DNA of 32,000 nucleotides from positions 780,001 through 812,000 of the forward strand of contig NC_000854.2 of the NCBI RefSeq assembly GCF_000011125.1, written 5' to 3'. This DNA is from Aeropyrum pernix K1 (GTDB lineage Archaea; Thermoproteota; Thermoprotei_A; Sulfolobales; Acidilobaceae). The notes beneath the pieces are model-generated. The model worked only from the letters and a program-made list of their open reading frames with translations, did not search any database and was not told where the DNA came from. Each line of letters opens with the position of its first letter. Within the stretch, counting starts at the first letter, position 1. Positions 9,689 to 19,540 of this stretch are shown in pieces. Made by a program: the position numbers and the translations under genes.

Positions 9689-9799
9689 AGTCCAGTCTTG
9701 GCTTCCGTTTGGGCCTTCCCGGCCCTCGGGCATCTCACCCTGCTCCCCAGCCCCCACAGGCGCGGGGGCTGGCGTGTTTTATTGTACTGTGGTTGTACC

Positions 9800-11551
9800 T
9801 TATATGGCTTGCGCCTCCCCTCCCTCCCTCCTGCCTGAGATCCTCTTGGCGGCTGCAGCTGCTGCTAGTATGAGTATGTAGGCTATCTCCACGGGTACTA
9901 TGGCTGCTGGTATGGGCTGTAGGGCGTTCTCTGCGACGAGGCTGAGCACGAGCCTCATAACTATGTACGGCGGCAGTGCCATGACCAGGTATAGGGCTGC
10001 GGCAGCTACAGAGACCCCCCTGCCGGCGGCTAGCAGGTACGCGGCGGCCAGCAGGGGTGAGAGGGCTGCCGAGAGGGTCATAAGCTCTAGCGTGGGGAGC
10101 CCTAGGGTTAGGGAGGGGGTTACCGCGGACCTCTCCATCAGGCTCAGCATGCCCAGGCTGAACCGGCCGGGCCAGCTCCAGAAGGCTATGGTGTAGGCGG
10201 CCGCCGTTGCATAGGCCGCGGCGAGGGCGGCTGGCCAGCGGGGTAGGCGGCTCCTATGCGCTTGGAGGCCAGCCAGCACCGTGGCGGCTAGGAGTATGAT
10301 GGCCGGGAGTATCCTGGGCGGGCTCCAGGGGAGGCTGGTGGCGAGGACCTCGCCCGGAGCTCTGGATACAACCTCTCCACTGAGCACGAGGGGTATGAGG
10401 GGTATGCCGGGCAGGTAGGCTAGGCCGTCGCTTGAGGGCCTCCACTCCGCCCCCCCGGCTAGGAGGTCGGGCCACCCAGCCTCCTCCCCGGCGGCGGGTG
10501 CGAGGAGAGTCCTAACGGCCTCAACACCACCGTCTCTAAACTCCTCGAGCACCAGGAGGGCGGAGTCCATCCAGCCCGGCGCCGGCTTGTAGTGGTTGTT
10601 GTTGCCGCTGTATGCAACCGCGGCCACGGCCCCCGCACTCCTCAGTGCATCTACGGTGGCCGCGAGCCCCTCTGTTGGGAAGTACTCGTCGTGGCCTGAG
10701 AAGAGTATGTAGAAAGCCTTCCCCGCGAGCCAGCCCCTCTCCCCGGCCATCCTGATGTATGAGAGGGGGTCCGCGGGGGATAGCATGGCCACAGTCTCAA
10801 TATCAACGGGGGCGTCGGGGGGGCCTACGAGGTTTGCGAGGCCCCCGGACTGTATCATGCAGGGGAGGCAGCCCGACGCCACTATCGGCACCGCCAGGGC
10901 TACGGCGGGGTGTAGTGAGGCCACTGTGTAGCTTGTGAGGCCGCCCATAGACACGCCCATAACCGCGATACCCCCGGGCTCGGCACCGAGCTCCAGCGCC
11001 GCCTCCACCGCCCTCACCCCGCTCAGGTAGACGTGGTAGAGGAAGAACTCCCCGGGCTCCAGGGTGAGGGCCTTGTCACGCCAAGACTCTCCCCCCGGGA
11101 TGCAGGACTCCCCGTGGCCCGCGGCGTCGATGGCGAGGACCTTGAAGCCTCTCAATGCGAGGTCGTACGCCACCCTATAGCCGCCTAGGGGCTCCTCGAA
11201 GAACGTGTGGTCTCCCCCGAGGCCGTGGACCAGCAGTACCCAGGCCCGGCCCGGGGTGGGGGAGCTGTAGATCCAGCCGTATACCCTGCAGTCGGGCGCG
11301 CCGGGGAGGAGGCTGAACGATATCTTTGTCACCTCTACAGCGGAGCCCCCGTAGCTCTCGGCCCATGTGTCCTCCATCCTAAGGTCCAGGTCCTCGGACC
11401 AGTCGAAGCCCCAAAGCATCCTGTAGAGGTCCTCAGCTAGGGGCGGGGTGGTTGTGTAGCTGTCCTGGGAGGGGTCTAGGAGGGTGTAGAGGTTAACGTA
11501 TCCTATGAACACTAGGATGAGGAACAAGGCAGCCGCTATCCGGCGAGACAA
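9800..11551 (-). CDS. Alpha/beta hydrolase with N-terminal TM anchor and C-terminal multi-TM domain
   Basis: VLLVHGLGGDHTFFEEPLGGYRVAYDLALRGFKVLAIDAAGHGES, nucleophile elbow GVSMGG, late HDEYFPTEG; N-terminal AALFLILVFIGYVNLY and hydrophobic segments after about residue 400. Confidence 0.88.
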   Translation of the reverse strand: MSRRIAAALFLILVFIGYVNLYTLLDPSQDSYTTTPPLAEDLYRMLWGFDWSEDLDLRMEDTWAESYGGSAVEVTKISFSLLPGAPDCRVYGWIYSSPTPGRAWVLLVHGLGGDHTFFEEPLGGYRVAYDLALRGFKVLAIDAAGHGESCIPGGESWRDKALTLEPGEFFLYHVYLSGVRAVEAALELGAEPGGIAVMGVSMGGLTSYTVASLHPAVALAVPIVASGCLPCMIQSGGLANLVGPPDAPVDIETVAMLSPADPLSYIRMAGERGWLAGKAFYILFSGHDEYFPTEGLAATVDALRSAGAVAAVAYSGNNNHYKPAPGWMDSALLVLEEFRDGGVEAVRTLLAPAAGEEAGWPDLLAGGAEWRPSSDGLAYLPGIPLIPLVLSGEVVSRAPGEVLATSLPWSPPRILPAIILLAATVLAGLQAHRSRLPRWPAALAAAYATAAAYTIAFWSWPGRFSLGMLSLMERSAVTPSLTLGLPTLELMTLSAALSPLLAAAYLLAAGRGVSVAAAALYLVMALPPYIVMRLVLSLVAENALQPIPAAIVPVEIAYILILAAAAAAKRISGRREGGEAQAI

Positions 11552-11569
11552 AGGTCAACCACCCTCCAC

Positions 11570-11595
11570 AAAAACCCGGCCGCCAAGAGGCCGGG
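11570..11595 (-). terminator. Intrinsic terminator-like hairpin downstream of the 11720-12718 gene
   Basis: On the minus strand CCCGGCC-TCTTGGC-GGCCGGG followed by TTTTTG. Confidence 0.65.
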
Positions 11596-11719
11596 CGTGT
11601 ATTGTTTTATACTGGTGGAGGGTTTTCAGCGTGGAACATCAGTTTTGTACATATAATCTGCCGGTCGAAGACGAGTAGCGATGAGGCAGTGGTAACCGAA
11701 TCCCCCCGGATACAGACGT

Positions 11720-12718
11720 CTATATGGTGACTACAATCTTCATGCTCTCCCTGTCCAGCGATGCTTCGAAGGCCTCTGGAGCCTCCTCCAGGCTTCTGAA
11801 CTTTGTTACCTGGGGCTCAACTTCTCCAGACTCGAGTAGGCGGAGGGCCTCCTTGAACTCCCTGTGGCTGCCGCAGCGTGTGCCGATGAGCCTGATCTCC
11901 TTCACCACGGCTAGGGTCTGGCTGAAGACCGCCTCCCCTCCTGGGGTACTCTTCACGTGCACTACGCCCCGGGGTCTGGCGAGGGCTGTGGCTATGCTCA
12001 GCCCCTGGTTGCTGCCTGTGGTCTCGAACACCATGTGGAACCCTAGGCCGCCTGGAGTCTCTGAGGCCGCCTTCACAGCCTCCTCCGGCGTGAGGACCTC
12101 AAGCCCGAGCCTCCTGAAGAACACGGCTTTGGGGCTGTCTGGCCTGGCGACTATGGCGGGTTTGAAGCCGTAGGCGGTGAGTGTCTGGGCGGTGAGGTGG
12201 GCCATGAAGCCCGTGCCCAGCACCGCCACCGCCCAGCCGGGCCTGGGGGGCGCTTGTTGGAGCGCGTTTAGCACAGCGGCGAGGGGCTCGGCGGCGAACG
12301 CCTTCTCGTGGGGCATGTTGTGGGGGTGGAGGGCCCATGGGGGTGCGGTGAAGTACTCCGCCATGCCCCCGTCGAAGTCTATTCCTAGGGTCTTCTTGCG
12401 GGGGCAGTGGGTGTAGAGCCCCTCCCTGCATACCTCGCAGCGGAGGCAGGCGAAGTTAATCTCGCTCACGACCCTAGAGCCAACGAGGTCCTCAGGCCCC
12501 TCCACAACCTCACCCGAAACCTCATGCCCGGGCACCAGGGGCTTCTTGAACAGCGGGTAGGTGCCCCTGTAGAAGGCCTTATCCGTACCGCATATCCCCA
12601 CGGCCCTGCTCCTAACCAGCGCCCAGCCCTCAGGCTGCTCGGGGGGCGGGAGGTCCTCAACCCTTACATCACCCGGCCCATATAGGACGGCAGCCCTCAA
12701 CGCGTCTTCCCCTGCCAT
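11720..12718 (-). CDS. Zinc-dependent MDR-family dehydrogenase (glucose/alcohol dehydrogenase-like)
   Basis: GICGTDKAFYRGTYPLFKKPLVPGHEVSGEVVE, structural zinc cysteines CLRCEVCREGLYTHC, GTGFMAHLTAQTLTAYG Rossmann region. Confidence 0.88.
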   Translation of the reverse strand: MAGEDALRAAVLYGPGDVRVEDLPPPEQPEGWALVRSRAVGICGTDKAFYRGTYPLFKKPLVPGHEVSGEVVEGPEDLVGSRVVSEINFACLRCEVCREGLYTHCPRKKTLGIDFDGGMAEYFTAPPWALHPHNMPHEKAFAAEPLAAVLNALQQAPPRPGWAVAVLGTGFMAHLTAQTLTAYGFKPAIVARPDSPKAVFFRRLGLEVLTPEEAVKAASETPGGLGFHMVFETTGSNQGLSIATALARPRGVVHVKSTPGGEAVFSQTLAVVKEIRLIGTRCGSHREFKEALRLLESGEVEPQVTKFRSLEEAPEAFEASLDRESMKIVVTI

Positions 12719-12890
12719 CCAAATAGTTGCCTGAAAGCCCTCTATTAACGTGGCCTCCCAGCCGGCAGCCCGGTGGTTTTTGAGTGACGGTTAACTCTCA
12801 GGCAGTCAGCTGTGTGATTTTGACGTGGATGCTATTCCGTAGTAATATTATAAACGGTCTCTAGGAGCGGAGTATACTATTTATAATATT

Positions 12891-15506
12891 GTGCCTCTAT
12901 ATACTAGTATAGTCACAGATATATTCGGCTGGGCTCTGGCTGGGGGCGGTTACGGCTTGGGCTTGCACGGCGTTTTTCTGACTGCGAAAATGTTTCTCGG
13001 CCGTAGGCGGGTTGTGGCCGTTCTGGCGGTCACCATCATGCTCCTCGCCAGCATACCCTACATGGCAGGGGCGGTTTCGAGGATAGGCTCGGCAATAATG
13101 GTTGAGACATTCCTTGACCAGTCCAGACCCCACATGGCCCTACACCTGTGGTTCCCCGGTACTGTGGAGAGCGAGGTCCTCGGCGGAGCATGGTCAAGCG
13201 TGTCCACGGTGTTGGAAGACCTCGGGTTCAAGGCCTCGTCGAGGGTGTACGTGGTTGAGGCTGGATTGCTGGCTGTTGAGGCCGGCACCTCCCCATCACA
13301 GCCGGGCTTGCCAGAGGCCGGGGCTCCCGGCGTGGCGGGTGAGACTCTAGTTGTTGGTGGAAGGGTTTTCACGCTTGCTCCAGTCTACCTGGTCATAGCG
13401 CCTGAGGACCTAGAGCCCAAAGCCCTAGGTCTGGGCAGTGGAGTGGTGCTGCCGTCATCACCCCCCGCTGGGGGTCCGGTTGAGGTCCTCGCCGCCATGG
13501 TGAACCCGGCCTCAGCATCTCTAGCCGAGCGGGGGTTTTTCGAGGTCCTCGGGGTTCAGTACAGGATCATCGGCTCCGCCGCCCCGGCTGCAGGTATAGT
13601 GGGGTTTTCAATAGTCTCCTATGTGATGGGCGAGGAGGGGTTCGGCTACTCCATGGCCTGGGGCTATGCCCTCTTCCTATACACCACCAGCCCCGATCCG
13701 GAGGCTCTAGCCCTTTGGATAGCTTCGAGATACGGCGAGGCCGTCTCGCAGGGAGGACTGGCGATGGGGGATATCCTTGAGGAGCTGGAGAGCTCCCCTC
13801 CAGGAGAGCCCGTGATTCTGCCCCCACGGCCTGTTATAAACGCACTAGATGGGGGCTGGGCCTCTAAGGCTGTTGGCGGGCTAGTGTCTATGGTTGTTCT
13901 AGCCGACTATAAGGCTGAAGAGCTGGCCAGCTATATCTTTCGAGGCGACATAGAGGCTCTCATTAACAATGTAAGAGCTAGGCTGGGGCAGGCCCTATTT
14001 GAGGATGCCGGGGCGTGCCTGATTGGCGTAGAAGTTATCGGCCAGGACATACGCATCGGCGGATCCTATTCAGCCTGCAGCCCCATAGAGGATGGGGCCC
14101 GCTATACAGCCCTGGCCCACGCAGCCCTGTACGCCCCGCCAGTTGAGGGGGGCCTCTTCCTCCTCTCCAATATAGCCGCCCTCGCGGCCGTCTCAGCCAT
14201 CCTAGTAGCCCTCCTCGTTTCAGCCCTGCAGGCGGGGACGGCAGTGGTAGAGTGGTTGCTGGGCGATATGAGGCCCTGGCTCGCCATGCTCATAGCCCGT
14301 GGAGGGGGCAACACTCCGAGGGCTGGACTGGCCCTGGCTGTGCTCATTGTCGCCGGGTTTTCCATACTCATCGGGGGGATTGTGTCCTCCGCTGCCATAC
14401 CCCTCCTCACCTCCCTCATGCTGGATTACCCGGGCGTGGTGGAGGGGAGGGAGCTTCTAGTCAGCCGGGGATTGTGGATAGCCTCAGGCTCGGTAGCGTT
14501 GCTGGGTGTTGGGGCTGCTCTAGTCTCCAGGCTGGGGAGGCTGGGGGAGATTAGCCCTGTGGAGGCCGTGAGGAGGGTTGAGGCGCTGGAGAGGGGGCAC
14601 AAGGGGAGGGGGCGGAGGGCGGTGACGGTCTTTGTAGCACTCTCTATAGTCTCCGTCCTGCTGGGGTTGCACGGCGACCCCGAGGGGGTTTTGGAATGGT
14701 TTTTCGACATGGTCGGCGAGATGGTGGCGATACCTATAGCATTTATCATATTCGTGGCTTTCTTCCTGTCGCCCCTTGCCCCCGCGATACTCCTGTCATT
14801 CGCCTCCTCAACCCTCGCGGGAGGCTCCAAGCCTTACATACTGCTGGCGAGGATCTCCTCCAGGCTCATGCCCGAGGAGGTGTCGGGCTTTACCGTATCC
14901 TCGGCGCTTAGGATGAAGGAGAGGATGGCGGCGTCCTCCAGAGTAGTTACCATGGCTTTCGCAGCCCTAGCCTCATTCACCATAGCCGATGGCTTCGCCG
15001 TATCCCTTGAGGAGACGCTGGCTGGCTTATCCGGGAGGCCCTACGACATAGTCTCCCTGATAGCCGCCTCCAGGGCCATGGCGGCCGCGTCACTCCTAGC
15101 AGCCGCAGCCGCATCCGTGGTCTACCTCGCCACAGCATACGCGGGTGTAGCTGGGACTATCGAGGTTCTGGAGAGGGAGGCTGTCGTCCTCAGGGCGAGG
15201 GGCGCTAGCCGGGGGGTGGTCCTCGCCTTCATCTATGGCAGCCTCCTCCCACTCATGCTATACTCCGCGGCCGCGGGTCTCGCAGCGGGCGTGATCGGCG
15301 GCCTCTCCATTCTAGCCACGTTCAAGGCGGCAAGCATGACCGTCTCACCCGATATACCGGGGGAGATAGGCCTCCCCCTCCCGACCCCCACCGCTCAGGC
15401 CATGGCCCTCCTCATACTCCCCCTGGCGGCCGCCCTCCTACTCCCCGCTGCTACCTCGGCGGCCACCGCCCGTGAGGCCGATATTGCTAGGGCGTTGAGG
15501 TCGTAG
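12891..15506 (+). CDS. ABC transporter permease, FtsX/MacB-like; start may be internal (MFLGRRR...)
   Basis: Long hydrophobic protein with FtsX-like segments (e.g. [43 protein letters not shown]); followed directly by its ATPase gene. Confidence 0.82.
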   Translation: MPLYTSIVTDIFGWALAGGGYGLGLHGVFLTAKMFLGRRRVVAVLAVTIMLLASIPYMAGAVSRIGSAIMVETFLDQSRPHMALHLWFPGTVESEVLGGAWSSVSTVLEDLGFKASSRVYVVEAGLLAVEAGTSPSQPGLPEAGAPGVAGETLVVGGRVFTLAPVYLVIAPEDLEPKALGLGSGVVLPSSPPAGGPVEVLAAMVNPASASLAERGFFEVLGVQYRIIGSAAPAAGIVGFSIVSYVMGEEGFGYSMAWGYALFLYTTSPDPEALALWIASRYGEAVSQGGLAMGDILEELESSPPGEPVILPPRPVINALDGGWASKAVGGLVSMVVLADYKAEELASYIFRGDIEALINNVRARLGQALFEDAGACLIGVEVIGQDIRIGGSYSACSPIEDGARYTALAHAALYAPPVEGGLFLLSNIAALAAVSAILVALLVSALQAGTAVVEWLLGDMRPWLAMLIARGGGNTPRAGLALAVLIVAGFSILIGGIVSSAAIPLLTSLMLDYPGVVEGRELLVSRGLWIASGSVALLGVGAALVSRLGRLGEISPVEAVRRVEALERGHKGRGRRAVTVFVALSIVSVLLGLHGDPEGVLEWFFDMVGEMVAIPIAFIIFVAFFLSPLAPAILLSFASSTLAGGSKPYILLARISSRLMPEEVSGFTVSSALRMKERMAASSRVVTMAFAALASFTIADGFAVSLEETLAGLSGRPYDIVSLIAASRAMAAASLLAAAAASVVYLATAYAGVAGTIEVLEREAVVLRARGASRGVVLAFIYGSLLPLMLYSAAAGLAAGVIGGLSILATFKAASMTVSPDIPGEIGLPLPTPTAQAMALLILPLAAALLLPAATSAATAREADIARALRS

Positions 15507-15517
15507 GGTGGTGTGGC

Positions 15518-16438
15518 GTGGCGGGTATTGGTGGTGAGGACCTCGCGGTTGTTGTTGAGGGTGTTGTGAAGATATACGAGTCTAGGGGCGAGAGGATTGT
15601 AGCCCTCAGGGAGGTCAGCCTCTCCGTGGCGAGGGGCGAGGTCCTCGCTATAATGGGGCCGTCAGGCTCTGGCAAGACTACCCTGCTGAACATAATAGCC
15701 GGTGTAGACAGGCCGAACGCGGGAAGGGTTATTGTGGATGGTTTTGAAGTCTCCAGCGCCGGCGGGGAGGAGCTTAGGAGGTTCCGGCTCGAGAGGGTGG
15801 GCTACGTTTTCCAGCAGCACAACCTTATACCAACCCTCACGGCGCTGGAGAACATACTCCTCCCCATGGCCCTGGCCGGGAAGGCCAACAGGCTCCGCGG
15901 CCAGGAGCTGCTCAGGAGAGTCGGGCTAGGGGGGAAGGAGCGCAGGTACCCGGAGGAGCTGAGCGGGGGCGAGCAGCAGAGGCTTGCCGTTGCCGTGGCG
16001 CTCGCCAACGACCCTCCCATAATAGTGGCTGACGAGCCTACGGGCGAGCTTGACATCGCGACAGGCGAGAGGATAGTTAGGATACTCCTGGAGGAGGCGC
16101 ACAGCCGGGGGAAGACAGTGGTACTGACCACCCACGACCCCCGGGTGGCGAGGATGGCGGACAGGGTGGCGGTGATCGAGGACGGCAGGCTACGGGGGGT
16201 CTACAGCCCCTCAAGGATAGCCGGGGCCACAGGCTTCGGAGAGGTTGAGGCGGAGAAGGCTGTTGAGGCTGTGATGAGGAGGATCCTGGATGACGCGGAA
16301 CGCCGTCTAAGGGAGGCTGAAGACAGGTTCAGGAGGGGGGAGGTCGGCATAGACGCTCTAGTGGAGACATACACTCGGGTGAAAGCGCTGAGGGAGGCGG
16401 TGCGGGAAGAGCTATCAAGACTAGGAATCACGGGCTAG
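15518..16438 (+). CDS. ABC transporter ATP-binding protein, LolD/MacB type
   Basis: Walker [10 protein letters not shown], signature LSGGEQQR, Walker [13 protein letters not shown]; C-terminal charged helical extension. Confidence 0.94.
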   Translation: MAGIGGEDLAVVVEGVVKIYESRGERIVALREVSLSVARGEVLAIMGPSGSGKTTLLNIIAGVDRPNAGRVIVDGFEVSSAGGEELRRFRLERVGYVFQQHNLIPTLTALENILLPMALAGKANRLRGQELLRRVGLGGKERRYPEELSGGEQQRLAVAVALANDPPIIVADEPTGELDIATGERIVRILLEEAHSRGKTVVLTTHDPRVARMADRVAVIEDGRLRGVYSPSRIAGATGFGEVEAEKAVEAVMRRILDDAERRLREAEDRFRRGEVGIDALVETYTRVKALREAVREELSRLGITG

Positions 16439-16449
16439 ACGCGGATGGG

Positions 16450-17211
16450 GTGGAATGCGGTTTGGGCGGTGCAGGCCAGCCGGCGGTGGAGGCGGAGGGG
16501 GTTTGGAAGCGCCTGGGGGGCAGGTGGGTTTTGAAGGATGTCAGCCTCACAGTCCCCCGGGGCTCGGTATACGGGGTAGTGGGGCCTAACGGGGCCGGGA
16601 AGACCACTCTCTTCAGAACTCTCCTAGGCCTCTACAGGGCTGACAGGGGTAGGGTGGCGCTTCTGGGCGAGCCTGTCGAGAGGGCGGGCGGCAGCCTGTT
16701 CCGGAGGGTCGCCTACCTCCCCGAGGATGGCGAGCCCTACAGGAACATGACGGGCCATGAGTTCCTGAGGCTCTACGCATCCATCTACGGCGTTGAGGAC
16801 CTCGAGGGGTACCTCGAGGAGGCCTCCCGCCTCTCAGGCCTCGGAGGTAGACTGGGGGAGAGGGTGAGGTCCTACAGCAAGGGGATGAGGAGGAGGCTTC
16901 TCGTGGCCGCGATGCTCGCCCTCAAACCATCCCTCGCAGTGCTGGACGAGCCCACTGCAGGGCTAGACCCGGTCTATAGCGTGGGGATTAGGAGGCTCCT
17001 GAAGGAGTATAGCGAGAGGCACGGCGTGACGGTGCTCCTGTCCAGCCATAACATGTACGAGGTGGAGAGCGTGTGCAGCGAGATAACAATGATATCCAGT
17101 GGGAGGATAGTCTACTCCGGCAGCCCTGGAGAAGCTGTCAGGAGGACGGGCGCCTCTAGCCTCGAGGAGGCCTACGTAGCCCTCGTGACAGGAGGGGGTG
17201 GTGAATCGTGA
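16450..17211 (+). CDS. ABC-2 type transporter ATP-binding protein
   Basis: GPNGAGKTTLFRTLLGLYRAD, YSKGMRRRL, LAVLDEPTAGLDPV. Confidence 0.94.
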   Translation: MECGLGGAGQPAVEAEGVWKRLGGRWVLKDVSLTVPRGSVYGVVGPNGAGKTTLFRTLLGLYRADRGRVALLGEPVERAGGSLFRRVAYLPEDGEPYRNMTGHEFLRLYASIYGVEDLEGYLEEASRLSGLGGRLGERVRSYSKGMRRRLLVAAMLALKPSLAVLDEPTAGLDPVYSVGIRRLLKEYSERHGVTVLLSSHNMYEVESVCSEITMISSGRIVYSGSPGEAVRRTGASSLEEAYVALVTGGGGES

Positions 17212-18527
17212 GCCTCAGGAGGGTTCTCCCCCTGTTCGTAGTGAAGGAGCTGAAGGAGGTCCTCAGAGACCGCACACTACTCTTCAACCTAGTCATATCC
17301 CCGATGCTGGGCGTGGTTGTGTGGATAGTCGTTGTCGAGGCCATATTCGCAGGATCCATAACACCGCAGACGGGCAGCGGGGGGATCCCAGGTCTCGAGG
17401 GCCTTGCTGTGGTGGACCTGGACGGCACACCCCTCTCACAGGCAGTAGCAACGGCCCTCGGAGCAGCTGCAGCGGGGAGCGTTGAAGAGGCTCTACAGGC
17501 CGGGTATAAGATGGTCCTGGTCATACCCGAGGGCTTCGCCTCCACCCTACAAAAGGGTGGGCAGGCGAGGCTTGAGCTCTACATTCAGGCTGGGGAGGTC
17601 CTCAGGAGCCAGGGCCTCCTAGGGTTCTTCAGCTACAGCGGGCTCTCCGGGGCTCTGGAGGGTGCCGTGGACTTGCTTGCCAAGCAGGCCCTCGGCATAC
17701 CCACGGCCGAGGACCTCGTGAGGGTGGAGGAGAAGCCGCTGGGCATTCTCGAGGGCAACCCGGCATCCCACCTGCTAGTCCTGTTCATGCTGCTTATGGC
17801 CTCATTCATAACGGGCTCCTTCCTACTCCAGGTCTCCGCGATAACTGTGGGCTATGACAGGGAGCAGAGGACCCTTGAGCTCCTCCTGGCAACCCCCCTG
17901 AGGACCCGGGGGTACGTGGCTGTAAGGCTGGCCGGGGCAGCGTCTATGGCTTCCGTCGGCCTCCTATCCCTCGCGGCAAGCCTCCTCATAATGATGGTGT
18001 ACGCCGCGGTCAGGATACCGCAGGAGGTGGGAGGAGGTGTAACCTCGGGGGAGCTAGCCTCTCTTCTGGGCGAGGCCGCCGAGAGGCTGGCTCCAACTCC
18101 TGGCCAGGTGCTCGTCGCCCTCGCCAGCATAGCAGTCACCGCCCTATACACGCTGACCCTCGGCCTTATACTAGGCTTCGTAGGCGCTGGCGACGTCAAG
18201 TCGGCTCAGACGGCCTCGGGCATGTCGGTGTTCATACTCTTCATACTACTCCTCCCCCTAGCCGCAATACCCTTCAGGCTGCCACACGCCATACCCCTGG
18301 CCCTCCACCCCATAACAGCCGCCCCCGCAGCCTACCTAGCCTACGCCAACGGAGACTATGCTATGGCCATAGGGATGCTAGCCTCCACACTAGCGGGCTC
18401 GGCACTCGCGGTAGCCGCAGCAGCGAGGCTCTCAAGGCCCGAGAGGCTCCTAGCACTGGGCTCCGGCGGGGGAGGCTTGATAAGCTCCCTAGGTCTCAGG
18501 GGCTGGAGGGCTAGACCACGGGAGTGA
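17208..18527 (+). CDS. ABC-2 type transporter permease
   Basis: VVKELKEVLRDRTLLFNLVISPMLGVVVW, GFASTLQ, YDREQRTLELLLATPLRTRGYVAVRLAGA; overlaps the ATPase stop. Confidence 0.93.
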   Translation: MSLRRVLPLFVVKELKEVLRDRTLLFNLVISPMLGVVVWIVVVEAIFAGSITPQTGSGGIPGLEGLAVVDLDGTPLSQAVATALGAAAAGSVEEALQAGYKMVLVIPEGFASTLQKGGQARLELYIQAGEVLRSQGLLGFFSYSGLSGALEGAVDLLAKQALGIPTAEDLVRVEEKPLGILEGNPASHLLVLFMLLMASFITGSFLLQVSAITVGYDREQRTLELLLATPLRTRGYVAVRLAGAASMASVGLLSLAASLLIMMVYAAVRIPQEVGGGVTSGELASLLGEAAERLAPTPGQVLVALASIAVTALYTLTLGLILGFVGAGDVKSAQTASGMSVFILFILLLPLAAIPFRLPHAIPLALHPITAAPAAYLAYANGDYAMAIGMLASTLAGSALAVAAAARLSRPERLLALGSGGGGLISSLGLRGWRARPRE

Positions 18528-18540
18528 GGGGAGCTATACC

Positions 18541-18745
18541 CAATGAGTTTCCTTCCCTCTGTGACACTCTCCGCTTCTGATATGGCGGCGGGCCCGTACA
18601 CATCTGTACACCTCGTGAGCAGTCTTCTAGCAATAAGGTAGAAACTCAGGCTCTATAGGGCGAGCCCCACGGGGTTAGCAACGTCTTTTGCGGCAAAGGC
18701 TGCAATGCTTCTAAAGTTCTGGGTGTTGTTATCAGCCTGATCCAT
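18541..18745 (-). pseudogene. Possible interrupted small ORF (in-frame TAG at 18653-18655)
   Basis: MDQADNNTQNFRSIAAFAAKDVANPVGLAL*SLSFYLIARRLLTRCTDVYGPAAISEAESVTEGRKLIG; AT-rich TATA-like sequence sits 35-55 nt upstream of the Met. Confidence 0.3.
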
Positions 18746-18943
18746 ATCACATACCCACGTATTCTATTTCTATTTTTCAATATATAAAATATAAACCTAA
18801 ATAATGACATAGATAAAACAAAAATACAATCACTACTTATATAGCCATCTCCATCTAACTTAATTGTAGAACACAGACTTTAAACCATAGCTACAACCTC
18901 CGTCAACCGAGTGTCGATGGCAATTTAAACGTTCCTCCGGTAA

Positions 18944-19516
18944 ATGAGGCTATGGGGCTTTGTGTTGGAAGGCTTTGAAGCCCACCTTGTGGACAGCCTT
19001 GTGGACGACCACCGCTATATCCTCCAGGCCCTGGACCTCCTCGAGGAGGCTGTCGACCTAATGGCCAGGGGGAGGCTCCCCCCATCTACCGTGGGGAGGC
19101 TAGCCAGGTTCCTCGAAGAGTTCGCGGACGGGTGCCACCATGCCAAGGAGGAGGCTGCACTCTTCCCGTGCATGGAGGCCAGGGGTCACCCTTTCAGGGA
19201 GGGGGGTATTGAGAGGCTTACCTGCGAGCACGGGGTGGCCAGGTACCTCCTGCGGGGCCTCCAGCGGGAGCTCGAGAGGCTTGAGCGGGGCGAAGGCTCT
19301 GTCGAGAAGGCGAGGGATTATGCCGCCAGGTATGTGGAGCTCATAAGGAGGCATATAGATGTGGAGGACCTGGAGCTGTTCGAGAGGGCCAGGAGGGTTG
19401 TTGGTCACGGCGAGATGCTTGAGGAGGCCAGGAGGATAGACGTGGAGACGGGTAGGGAGAGGCTGATAGAGGAGTTCTACAGAATCAAGGAGGAGGTGTG
19501 GGAGGCCGGCGGCTAG
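18944..19516 (+). CDS. Hemerythrin HHE cation-binding domain protein
   Basis: VDDHRYILQALDLLEEAVD, FADGCHHAKEEAALFPCME, CEHGVARYLLRG, YVELIRRHIDVEDLELF: the spaced H/HxxxE pattern of hemerythrins. Confidence 0.88.
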   Translation: MRLWGFVLEGFEAHLVDSLVDDHRYILQALDLLEEAVDLMARGRLPPSTVGRLARFLEEFADGCHHAKEEAALFPCMEARGHPFREGGIERLTCEHGVARYLLRGLQRELERLERGEGSVEKARDYAARYVELIRRHIDVEDLELFERARRVVGHGEMLEEARRIDVETGRERLIEEFYRIKEEVWEAGG

Positions 19517-19540
19517 AACTGGCGGCACCGGTGGGTCCTT

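Noticed and set aside
13567-14830. Minus-strand ORFs (e.g. 14102-14419, 14426-14830) inside the ABC permease
   Set aside because: GC-rich antisense open frames with low-complexity Ser/Pro/Arg translations. The plus-strand permease is much better supported.
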